From the NCBI RefSeq assembly GCF_029504745.1, contig NZ_JAQFIQ010000028.1, positions 1 through 32,000 on the forward strand: a DNA stretch of 32,000 bases, written 5' to 3'. The stretch is from Breznakia sp. PF5-3 (lineage in GTDB: Bacteria; Bacillota_I; Bacilli_A; Erysipelotrichales; Erysipelotrichaceae). The notes beneath the pieces are model-generated. The model saw nothing but the letters and a program-made list of their open reading frames with translations. It ran no database searches and was not told the DNA's origin. The translations under genes and the position numbers were made by a program. Positions 1 to 7,116 of the stretch are shown here, piece after piece. Within the stretch, counting starts at the first letter, position 1. Each line of letters starts with the position of its first letter.

Positions 1-121
1 TTTTAACATTTCAAGACAAACCTTAAAGAAGCTCAATTTATTACCTGTTTGTAACGTTTTTTAATACTTTAGGTATTCCTTAGTTGAATTAAGCGAATTA
101 AATTAATCTATTGCTTATAAT

Positions 122-150
122 TTGACATCAATATCATCCTTGCATATACT
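122..150 (+). promoter_or_regulatory. sigma-A-type promoter of copA-csoR
   Basis: TTGACA at 122-127 and TATACT at 145-150, with a 17-nt spacer, 36 nt upstream of the copA ATG. Confidence 0.7.
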
Positions 151-156
151 ATTCAT

Positions 157-173
157 ATACCCCCATGGGGTGT
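157..173 (+). promoter_or_regulatory. CsoR-type operator (GC-rich pseudo-palindrome) between -10 and RBS
   Basis: ATACCCCCATGGGGTGT. The core ACCCC-CAT-GGGGT is a perfect inverted repeat in an otherwise AT-rich leader. CsoR operators in Bacillota are of the TACCC..GGGTA type. A csoR gene lies in the same operon. Confidence 0.7.
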
Positions 174-186
174 TAGGGAGGAAACC

Positions 187-2700
187 ATGAAACAAAAGTT
201 TGATATTACAGGAATGACGTGTTCGGCATGTGCAAATCATGTGGAAAAAGCTGTCAATAAACTTCCTGGTACAAATAATACAAATGTCAATCTGATGCAA
301 AATGTATTACAGATTGATTACGATAACACGCAAACTACCCCTGATGATATAAAGCAGGCTGTTGAACATGCCGGCTATGGAATTTCTGAACAGGGAAAGA
401 TAGAGGTATCTTCAAAAGATAATAAGCTTGAAAAAGCTGCACATGATATGAAGGTGCGTTTAACATTTTCCATAATTTTATTAATTCCACTCATGTATAT
501 CTCTATGGGGCATATGCTAGGTTTACCATTACCTGATTTCTTGTCAGGTTTACACAATGCCATTACATATGCAATGGTTCAATTTTTGATTACCTTAATA
601 ATTATTTATTTGAATCGTTCTTATTTTATTAATGGCTTTCGTGCTTTGATTCATCGTGCACCTAGCATGGATTCTTTAATCGCAATTGGTTCCAGTGCAG
701 CCTTACTTTATGGTATCTATGCAATCATTCAAATGGGTCTAGGTTTAGCTTACCAAGACTGGAACTTAGTTGAGCAATATCATATGGATTTGTACTTTGA
801 GTCTGCTGGTACCATCGTTACATTGATAACCGTAGGAAAATACTTGGAATCTAGATCAAAAGGAAAGACCAATGATGCAATTAAGAAATTAATGGATCTT
901 TCCCCTAAGGTTGCTATCGTTGAACGTAACGGAAAAGAAATGGAAGTAGCAATTGAAGAAGTTGTCAAAGACGATATTATTATTGTGAAAAGTGGAAGTA
1001 CCATTCCTGTTGATGGAGTTATCATTGAAGGATCTGCAACTATCAACGAAGCGGCAATTACAGGAGAAAGTCTTCCTATCGAAAAAACTATCAATGCTAA
1101 TGTTACAGGCGGTACCATCAGCGTGAGCGGTTTCTTTAAAATGCAAGCTACCCGTGTGGGAGAAGATACAACTTTATCACAAATTATAAAACTAGTGGAA
1201 GATGCAAATGCGAGTAAAGCACCAATTGCTAAGCTTGCTGATAAAGTAAGTGGTGTCTTTGTACCAATTGTAATTGCAATTGCAATCATTGCTACAATTA
1301 CTTGGTTACTTCTTGGATATTCTGTTAGCTTTTCTTTATCCATTGGTATTGCTGTTCTAATTATTAGTTGTCCTTGTGCTTTGGGACTAGCTACACCAAC
1401 TGCCATTATGGTAGGAACAGGAAAAGGTGCCGAATATGGTATTTTATTCAAAACTGCGGAAAGCTTAGAGTCAATGAAAAATGCGGAAGTTGTCGTCCTT
1501 GATAAAACAGGAACGGTAACAAAAGGAAAACCCATTGTTACTGATATCGTAGTAAATGATAGTATAAGTGAAAAAGAATTACTACAAATAGCCCTTAATA
1601 TTGAAAATGCTTCTGAACACCCACTTGCGCAAGCAATTAGCACATATGCTAAGGAAAAGAATTTAGAAGCACAAAAATTAGATACATTTGAACAAATTCC
1701 TGGACAAGGTATCAAAGCTTCACAAAATGGAAAACAGTATTTGGCAGGAAACGAAAAAATGATGAAAGCTTTCCAAGTAAATTTAGAAAAATTTTCAGAT
1801 ACTGCTGCGGCAATGGCAAACATTGGTAAAACGCCACTTTATTTTTGTGAAGATAATCATATATTGGGGTTAATTGCTTTAGCTGATACTGTAAAAGAAA
1901 ATAGCAAACAAGCAATTCAAGAATTACAGAATATGGGGATTGATGTTGTTCTTTTAACTGGAGACAACAAAAAGACCGCACAAGCAATTGCTAATCAAGT
2001 TGGTGTGCATACGATAATCTCTGATGTACTTCCTCAAGAAAAAGAAAAACATATACGTGAGATCAAAGCGCAAAATAAACATGTTATTATGGTAGGAGAT
2101 GGAATCAATGATGCTCCTGCACTTGCTAGGGCAGACGTTGGTTTAGCAATTGGTGCTGGGACTGATATTGCAATTGACAGTGCCGATGTTGTATTGATGA
2201 AAAGTGATTTGCTTGATGTTGTAACAGCAATTCAATTATCACATGCAACTATACGTAATATAAAACAAAATTTATTCTGGGCATTTATTTACAATACGAT
2301 AGGAATTCCAATTGCCGCAGGTTTATTTTATCCAGCCTTTAATCTAACACTAAACCCAATGCTTGGATCTGCAGCAATGAGTTTATCATCTTTGTTTGTC
2401 GTATCGAATGCATTGCGATTACGCTTTTTTAAACCGAATACAAACAACCGAATAAAAGTTAAAGCAACAAAAGGAGAAACAAGAGTTATGAAAAAAATTA
2501 TGTATATTGATGGAATGTCATGTAAACATTGTGAAGGACGAGTTAATGAAGCCTTAAATGCAATTGATGGTGTAGATGCTAGTGTAGATCTAGATAATAA
2601 CTTAGCTAATATAACGTTACACAAAGACGTTAGTGATGATACACTTAAAAATGCTGTAGAAGATGCTGGTTACACTGTCACTTCAATCAAAGCAGGATAA
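187..2700 (+). CDS. copA: copper-translocating P1B-type ATPase CopA (837 aa) with N- and C-terminal heavy-metal-associated domains
   Basis: RBS AGGGAGGAAA before the ATG. N-terminal GMTCSACANHVE (HMA CxxC), transmembrane CPC motif (ISCPCALGLATP), DKTGT phosphorylation site, SEHPLA, GDGINDAP, and a second HMA domain GMSCKHCEGRV at the C-terminus. Confidence 0.97.
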   Translation: MKQKFDITGMTCSACANHVEKAVNKLPGTNNTNVNLMQNVLQIDYDNTQTTPDDIKQAVEHAGYGISEQGKIEVSSKDNKLEKAAHDMKVRLTFSIILLIPLMYISMGHMLGLPLPDFLSGLHNAITYAMVQFLITLIIIYLNRSYFINGFRALIHRAPSMDSLIAIGSSAALLYGIYAIIQMGLGLAYQDWNLVEQYHMDLYFESAGTIVTLITVGKYLESRSKGKTNDAIKKLMDLSPKVAIVERNGKEMEVAIEEVVKDDIIIVKSGSTIPVDGVIIEGSATINEAAITGESLPIEKTINANVTGGTISVSGFFKMQATRVGEDTTLSQIIKLVEDANASKAPIAKLADKVSGVFVPIVIAIAIIATITWLLLGYSVSFSLSIGIAVLIISCPCALGLATPTAIMVGTGKGAEYGILFKTAESLESMKNAEVVVLDKTGTVTKGKPIVTDIVVNDSISEKELLQIALNIENASEHPLAQAISTYAKEKNLEAQKLDTFEQIPGQGIKASQNGKQYLAGNEKMMKAFQVNLEKFSDTAAAMANIGKTPLYFCEDNHILGLIALADTVKENSKQAIQELQNMGIDVVLLTGDNKKTAQAIANQVGVHTIISDVLPQEKEKHIREIKAQNKHVIMVGDGINDAPALARADVGLAIGAGTDIAIDSADVVLMKSDLLDVVTAIQLSHATIRNIKQNLFWAFIYNTIGIPIAAGLFYPAFNLTLNPMLGSAAMSLSSLFVVSNALRLRFFKPNTNNRIKVKATKGETRVMKKIMYIDGMSCKHCEGRVNEALNAIDGVDASVDLDNNLANITLHKDVSDDTLKNAVEDAGYTVTSIKAG
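2488..2700 (+). other. in-frame CopZ-like HMA module inside the copA 3' end, with its own SD and ATG
   Basis: AAGGAG at 2471-2476, then ATG at 2488 in the copA frame. It encodes MKKIMYIDGMSCKHCEGRVNEALNAIDGVDASVDLDNNLANITLHKDVSDDTLKNAVEDAGYTVTSIKAG (70 aa, a complete ferredoxin-like HMA fold by pattern). Confidence 0.4.
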
Positions 2701-2703
2701 CTT

Positions 2704-2976
2704 ATGAAAGCTGATAGCAAGCAGGTCAAACGGTTACTAAAAACCGCTAGAGGTCAAATTGATGGTGTTTTAAAAATGATTGATGATGATAAATATTGTA
2801 TTGATATTGTAAATCAAATTATGGCAAGTAGTGCCATCTTAAATAAAGCAACAAAAGAAATATTACATGCTCATATCAATGGATGCATAAAAGAAAGCTT
2901 TGAATCCAATGATGAAGCATTTCAAGAAAAGAAAATTCAAGAGCTTCTATCTGTAATTGATAAGATTGCCAAATAA
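2704..2976 (+). CDS. csoR: CsoR/RcnR-family metal-sensing transcriptional repressor (90 aa)
   Basis: Small all-helical protein with the C...H...C ligand pattern (YCIDI ... HAHINGC). It starts 3 nt after the copA stop. Confidence 0.88.
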   Translation: MKADSKQVKRLLKTARGQIDGVLKMIDDDKYCIDIVNQIMASSAILNKATKEILHAHINGCIKESFESNDEAFQEKKIQELLSVIDKIAK

Positions 2977-3008
2977 AAAGAGATTGATTGTAATCAGTCT
3001 CTTTTTAT
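2977..3008. terminator. bidirectional rho-independent terminator between convergent csoR and rubrerythrin
   Basis: AAAGAGATTGATT (2977-2989) pairs with AATCAGTCTCTTT (2992-3004), with one G-U pair. A-run on the left and T-run on the right. It sits exactly between the two stop codons. Confidence 0.75.
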
Positions 3009-3013
3009 TTATA

Positions 3014-3562
3014 TTATTTGTTTGTAAACTTATCTTCTTCAGGTGCAAATTGAGCTTGTGGGAAACCACACACTGGACAAATACCAGGAGCATCTGTTCC
3101 TTCATGATGATAACCACAAATTGCACATACCCATGTAGTAGGAGCATCTTTTTTAAATACTTTTCCTTCTTCTACATTTTTAAGCAATGCAAGATACCTT
3201 TCCTCATGTCCTTTTTCAATTTTTGCTACTTGTTCCATTTGGAAAGCAATTTTTGTAAAGCCTTCTTCCTTTGCTGTTTCAGCCATGTGTTTATACATGT
3301 CTGTCCATTCATAGTTTTCACCTTCAGCAGCTTGTTTTAAATTATCCGCTGTTGTATGGATATCTCCACCTTGTAAAGCTTTAAACCATAGCTTAGCATG
3401 TTCTTGTTCATTTCTTGCTGTTTCTAAGAAAATATCAGCAATTTGTTCCATACCTTCTTCTTTTGCTTTTTGAGCAAAATAAGTGTATTTGTTTCTTGCC
3501 ATTGATTCCCCAGCAAATGCATCCAATAAATTTTTTTCTGTTTTTGATCCTTTTAAGTCCAT
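3014..3562 (-). CDS. rbr: rubrerythrin (182 aa; diiron four-helix domain plus C-terminal rubredoxin-like CxxC...CxxC)
   Basis: [29 protein letters not shown]..., ExxH motifs ([17 protein letters not shown]), C-terminal CAICGY...CPVCG. Start chosen at ATG 3562, preceded by GGAGGAAAG. The track ORF extends to 3643 but overlaps the upstream gene. Confidence 0.93.
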   Translation of the reverse strand: MDLKGSKTEKNLLDAFAGESMARNKYTYFAQKAKEEGMEQIADIFLETARNEQEHAKLWFKALQGGDIHTTADNLKQAAEGENYEWTDMYKHMAETAKEEGFTKIAFQMEQVAKIEKGHEERYLALLKNVEEGKVFKKDAPTTWVCAICGYHHEGTDAPGICPVCGFPQAQFAPEEDKFTNK

Positions 3563-3575
3563 GTTCTTTCCTCCG

Positions 3576-3956
3576 TTATTTGCAATTTCTGCAGACTCCT
3601 TTAAAGATGATATCATGACCATCAATCTTTCCAATAACTTCATTGTCAGATATCGTTTTGTCCAATTCTAATTTGTAAGGTTCATCTAAATCATACAACG
3701 TTTTACATTTTTCGCAATAAAAATGATAATGCGGATTACATGTTTTATCATATACATACCGTTCTTGTGGTAATGCAATTTTCTTTACTTTCTGTAAATC
3801 TTCAAGAATCCCTAAATTGCGATAAACCGTTGCTAGTGATATCTTCTTCTCTTCCTTATTTATATTTTCATAAATCTCTTCTGCACTGACATGTGCATTA
3901 ATGCCTTGCATATATTCAAGAATAAGTTCACGTTGTTTAGAATTTTTATACGTCAT
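3576..3956 (-). CDS. perR: Fur-family regulator, PerR-like (126 aa)
   Basis: Winged-helix N-terminus (RELILEYM..., ATVYRNL), HYHFYCEKC...CRNC zinc site. Start at ATG 3956 preceded by GGGGGTG. The gene is 13 nt upstream of rubrerythrin, which is why I call it PerR rather than Fur or Zur. Confidence 0.72.
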   Translation of the reverse strand: MTYKNSKQRELILEYMQGINAHVSAEEIYENINKEEKKISLATVYRNLGILEDLQKVKKIALPQERYVYDKTCNPHYHFYCEKCKTLYDLDEPYKLELDKTISDNEVIGKIDGHDIIFKGVCRNCK

Positions 3957-3969
3957 AGTCACCCCCAAA

Positions 3970-4043
3970 TTAAGAACTATTCTTATTATAACATATAATT
4001 TCTAGGAATCAATACAAATTAAGAACAATTCTTAATTTGTATT
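3970..4043 (-). promoter_or_regulatory. perR-rbr promoter flanked by two copies of an AAATTAAGAAnnnTTCTTAnT palindrome (candidate PerR boxes)
   Basis: On the - strand: TTGATT (plus 4007-4012), a 16-nt spacer that ends in TG with one base between it and the -10 (TGnTATAAT), then TATAAT (plus 3985-3990). Box 1 is TTAAGAACTATTCTTAT at 3970-3986. Box 2 lies within a perfect 15-3-15 palindrome, AATACAAATTAAGAA-CAA-TTCTTAATTTGTATT, at 4011-4043. Confidence 0.6.
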
Positions 4044-4065
4044 ATCATAAAAAAATATGAATCAA

Positions 4066-4100
4066 ATAAAAAACCTCTCAAGATTCTTACTCAGAGGTTT
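4066..4100 (-). terminator. rho-independent terminator after the signal-peptidase gene
   Basis: On the - strand: AAACCTCTGAGTAAGAATCTTGAGAGGTTT followed by TTTTATTT. Located 28 nt after the lepB stop. Confidence 0.8.
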
Positions 4101-4127
4101 AAAGCTATAACTCATTCATTATTAAAT

Positions 4128-4697
4128 TTATTTAAATATTATAAAAATATCTTTACTGATGATGTCGCCACCTTTAAATGGTCCCAAAATTCTAGAATCT
4201 CTTGATATTCGTCGATTATCACCACACAAAAAATATTCATTATCTCCTAATACAATAGGTCCATAATCAGAAGTAAAATTAATAGCTCCTGCATTTGTTT
4301 GTTCTTTTACATAATCATCATCAAGAAAGTATTCTTCAACTGGATTTCCATTAACATAAAGGATATCATCCCGATATTGTATCGTTTCTCCTGGTAAACC
4401 AACTACTCGTTTAGCAAGATTCTTTTTTTCACTTTCATCATAGACAGTTACAATATCAAAACGTTTTAGTTCACCAAAATGACGATTCACAATTCCCGTC
4501 ACACCTATCTCTCCATCTTCCAATGTTGGATACATGCTATCGCCATTGACATAAATAGGACGAATAACACAAGTAAGTACCAACAAAGTAACAATTGTAA
4601 TTGGAAAAACAAGTTGAAGTATCCTTAAAATTTCAAGTTTTCGGTTGCTCTTTTTAATATCTTTTTTTATTTCTAAAATTCTATTTGATTGTTTCAT
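4128..4697 (-). CDS. lepB: type I signal peptidase (S26 family, Ser-Lys dyad), 189 aa
   Basis: N-terminal TM helix, GDSMYPTL (catalytic Ser box), AKRVVGLPGE (catalytic Lys box), GDNRRISRDSR box E. GGTGATG RBS before the ATG. Confidence 0.9.
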   Translation of the reverse strand: MKQSNRILEIKKDIKKSNRKLEILRILQLVFPITIVTLLVLTCVIRPIYVNGDSMYPTLEDGEIGVTGIVNRHFGELKRFDIVTVYDESEKKNLAKRVVGLPGETIQYRDDILYVNGNPVEEYFLDDDYVKEQTNAGAINFTSDYGPIVLGDNEYFLCGDNRRISRDSRILGPFKGGDIISKDIFIIFK

Positions 4698-4713
4698 ATA
4701 AACATCACCAACC

Positions 4714-5637
4714 TTACCTATTTTTATAACTTCTTTTTCTTTTATATAGTATCATAAATACAATACTTCCTAAAAGCAATATAAGAATATTAATTTTTAT
4801 ACTGTCACCAGTATTTATCTTATTTGTATTTCCATTTATAGGATCATTCACATCAAGTTGTAAACGAAATATAATCTCATCGTCTTCTTTTGCTGTATAC
4901 AATCCTGCATTATCTTCATTTAACGCTTTTATGTCCAAAACATTTCCATCAATAATTTTTTCACTACCACTTGATGCACTTTGAAAGTACCAAGTAACAT
5001 TATGATGTTCACTTACATCTGTTGACTCCATTCCTTGCACTTTGCTCCACATATCTTGTTCATAAACATATGTAGGACTTTCCATAAAACGAAGATCAAC
5101 AAAAAGCGAATCTCCAATATTTTGCCCATGGAAGTATACACCGTTTTGAAGTTGTTCATCTTTTACTTCGATATCATTCACAACTGCATGTAATGCATTT
5201 CCTTCATACATTATAAGTTTTGTAGAAGTATTACCTAAAACCCCTGAAGATAATAAGTTTGCATATTTCTCTGATGATCCATCAGGAACAACAATTTTCT
5301 TCAAATTGCTACAATCCAAAAAGGCATTTTTCCCAATATAATTAATCGTACCAGGAATACTTATCTCTTCTAGTTCTTTACTCCCAAGAAAAGCTTCACT
5401 TTCAATCGATGTCACTGTTCTCTTTTTATACACCTTCGGAATATCCACCTTTGAATCAAAACTCAAATAGCCGATGATTTGATAATCTTCATCAGCCAAT
5501 TGTTGATATTTAAAGTTATGGTCTTTACTAATAGCTCCAGTTGGTGTAGTAATCTGTGATATGCTTACAAAGATAAGCACTAGAAATATAAAAACTAAGA
5601 TTGTCTCCCTTAAAAATACCCTTTTTATTCCTCTCAT
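4714..5637 (-). CDS. surface protein with BspA-type leucine-rich repeats and a C-terminal sorting-like signal (307 aa)
   Basis: Signal/TM peptide. SIESEAFLGSKELEEISIPGTINYIGKNAFLDCSNLKKIVVP is the LRR_5/BspA pattern. The C-terminus is KINTGDS plus a hydrophobic helix plus KRKRSYKNR. The ATG is 3 nt after the upstream stop. Confidence 0.7.
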   Translation of the reverse strand: MRGIKRVFLRETILVFIFLVLIFVSISQITTPTGAISKDHNFKYQQLADEDYQIIGYLSFDSKVDIPKVYKKRTVTSIESEAFLGSKELEEISIPGTINYIGKNAFLDCSNLKKIVVPDGSSEKYANLLSSGVLGNTSTKLIMYEGNALHAVVNDIEVKDEQLQNGVYFHGQNIGDSLFVDLRFMESPTYVYEQDMWSKVQGMESTDVSEHHNVTWYFQSASSGSEKIIDGNVLDIKALNEDNAGLYTAKEDDEIIFRLQLDVNDPINGNTNKINTGDSIKINILILLLGSIVFMILYKRKRSYKNR

Positions 5638-5640
5638 ACA

Positions 5641-6807
5641 CTATTCAGATACAGAATCTGTTGTTGAATTCCCTTCACCTATTTTCATAGTTCCAGAGAT
5701 TTTTGCACCTTTTTCAATGTCAATATAAACAGCAGAAATATCTCCTAAAATCATAGCTTGACTTGAGAAAGAAATATCCGCTTTTGCAGTAACATTTCCT
5801 TCAATAGATCCATTGATTTCCATCGCTCTTGCTTGTACATTTCCTTTCACAAAAGTATCCTCACCAATATAAACGTCATTATTAACATTTATATTACCAA
5901 CAACTTTTCCACTATGTAAATTCAAAGACTGTGCTGTCACATCACCTGTAACAAGTGCATTTTCATCAAATTCAACACTTTTTCCACAAGTAAGATTTCC
6001 TCGAATTTCACCTCTTACAATAAGTGGTGTTTCAACACTCACATTCCCATCAATTACTAAGCCATTTCCAAATACAGAATATTCTTCTGAACTTGATGTT
6101 GAATGCCCCATATTTGCATTATTATCATTAACATTTTCATTATTCAAATCATTGTTATAATCCATTTTTCTTTCCTCCCTGTCAGAAACTACTTTTTCTT
6201 TCTTTATTTCTTTGACCATTGTAGGCTTATACTTTCTATTTGCAAACGAAGTCACTGGGCTCACTTCTTTAACTACCTCTTTTTCTTTCGGTGTATCGTC
6301 AATTGTGTTTACAGGACTAGTAACTTTCTTAATATCTTGTTTTGGATATTTAGACTGAATTAATATTCCTTCAACATCATTATTTAGCGCATATATTTTT
6401 TCACTTTCATTTTCAATGATTTCATTTATATATGCTAACACCGATGTGACATCCCTCAAGTCATAATCATCTAGTGCTTGTTCATTAAGAGATAAAATTA
6501 TCGAATTGCACCCCATTAACATTTCCGATAATGAATTAAATCTACTTTCAATATGTTTTTGTTTTAACAACTCTGAAATTTCTCGATCATGTTTCGATAT
6601 TTCTTTCAGTTGCTCCCACTCTTTTGAAAATAATTTATCGGATAATTCTTCGTAAGCAACTTTAGAAAGTTCTAACTCCTTTATATATTTCGTCTTTAAT
6701 ATTTTGCGAATCAAAAATGTTACTACAAATACTGCAACAAGCAAAATAAGAAGCGTTGCTATAAATGGAACAGAAAAAATATTTACAGCTGCTACAAAAT
6801 TAACCAT
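5641..6807 (-). CDS. membrane-anchored bactofilin-domain (polymer-forming cytoskeletal) protein, 388 aa
   Basis: N-terminal TM helix followed by RKILKTKYIK, a coiled-coil-like region, and an Asn-rich linker. The C-terminal ~130 aa has the beta-helical bactofilin repeat pattern (GNVSVETPLIVRGEIRGNLTCGKSVEFDENALVTGDVTAQSLNLHSGKVVGNINV...GNVTAKADISF...GDISAVYIDIEKGAKISG). RBS AAAGGAGAA. Confidence 0.75.
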   Translation of the reverse strand: MVNFVAAVNIFSVPFIATLLILLVAVFVVTFLIRKILKTKYIKELELSKVAYEELSDKLFSKEWEQLKEISKHDREISELLKQKHIESRFNSLSEMLMGCNSIILSLNEQALDDYDLRDVTSVLAYINEIIENESEKIYALNNDVEGILIQSKYPKQDIKKVTSPVNTIDDTPKEKEVVKEVSPVTSFANRKYKPTMVKEIKKEKVVSDREERKMDYNNDLNNENVNDNNANMGHSTSSSEEYSVFGNGLVIDGNVSVETPLIVRGEIRGNLTCGKSVEFDENALVTGDVTAQSLNLHSGKVVGNINVNNDVYIGEDTFVKGNVQARAMEINGSIEGNVTAKADISFSSQAMILGDISAVYIDIEKGAKISGTMKIGEGNSTTDSVSE

Positions 6808-6841
6808 ATATTCTCCTTTCTTTACTTACTATCATAATTTA

Positions 6842-6867
6842 GTCGCTTAAAAGCCTTTTAAGGTTCA
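6842..6867 (-). promoter_or_regulatory. ECF-type promoter candidate P3 (bactofilin-LRR-lepB operon)
   Basis: On the - strand: TGAACC-TTAAAAGGCTTTTAAG-CGAC (16-nt spacer), ending 34 nt upstream of ATG 6807. Same geometry as the motif upstream of the sigma gene. Confidence 0.55.
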
Positions 6868-7023
6868 CTATTTCCAGTATAAAGTGTATTTTTACCATCA
6901 TTTACCCGAAAAAGCTATGTTCTTTCATGCGAGTGCCCCATAATTATATTAGTCTCTATATACATTATAATATAATTTAAATTATTCGCCCAATCATATT
7001 ATCATTTATATTATAGGTTTTAA

Positions 7024-7059
7024 TATAAAAATATGCAAATACTATTCGTATTTGCATAT
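7024..7059 (-). terminator. rho-independent terminator after the 446-aa gene
   Basis: Perfect 12-bp stem ATATGCAAATAC/GTATTTGCATAT (7031-7059) with a 5-nt loop, followed on the - strand by TTTTTATATT. Confidence 0.8.
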
Positions 7060-7116
7060 CGTAATTTTTCCAAAATATAATATATGTTCAATAAATCATG
7101 TTTCATTTATAAATTT

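Noticed and set aside
115-300. 61-aa - strand ORF across the copA promoter and 5' end.
   Set aside because: It overlaps the copA promoter, operator and start, and has no RBS. It is best explained as chance.
780-1823. 347-aa - strand ORF, plus smaller ones at 889-1146, 1712-1987 and 2328-2624.
   Set aside because: They are antisense to copA, whose product carries all the P-type ATPase signature motifs. The antisense translation is low-complexity and has no RBS.
3563-3643. 5' extensions of track ORFs: rbr to 3643, perR to 3968, the 470-aa ORF to 8529, the 907-aa ORF to 26627, and the 402-aa ORF to 27777.
   Set aside because: Each extension starts at a non-ATG or SD-less codon and overlaps an upstream gene or promoter. 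In each case an internal ATG with a good SD gives a canonical N-terminus (signal peptide or conserved start).
2947-3671. + strand ORFs (2957-3340, 3415-3618, 3483-3671) and a - strand ORF (2947-3147) overlapping rubrerythrin.
   Set aside because: They are out-of-frame or antisense to a clearly recognisable rubrerythrin gene and have implausible Phe/Leu/Cys-rich compositions.
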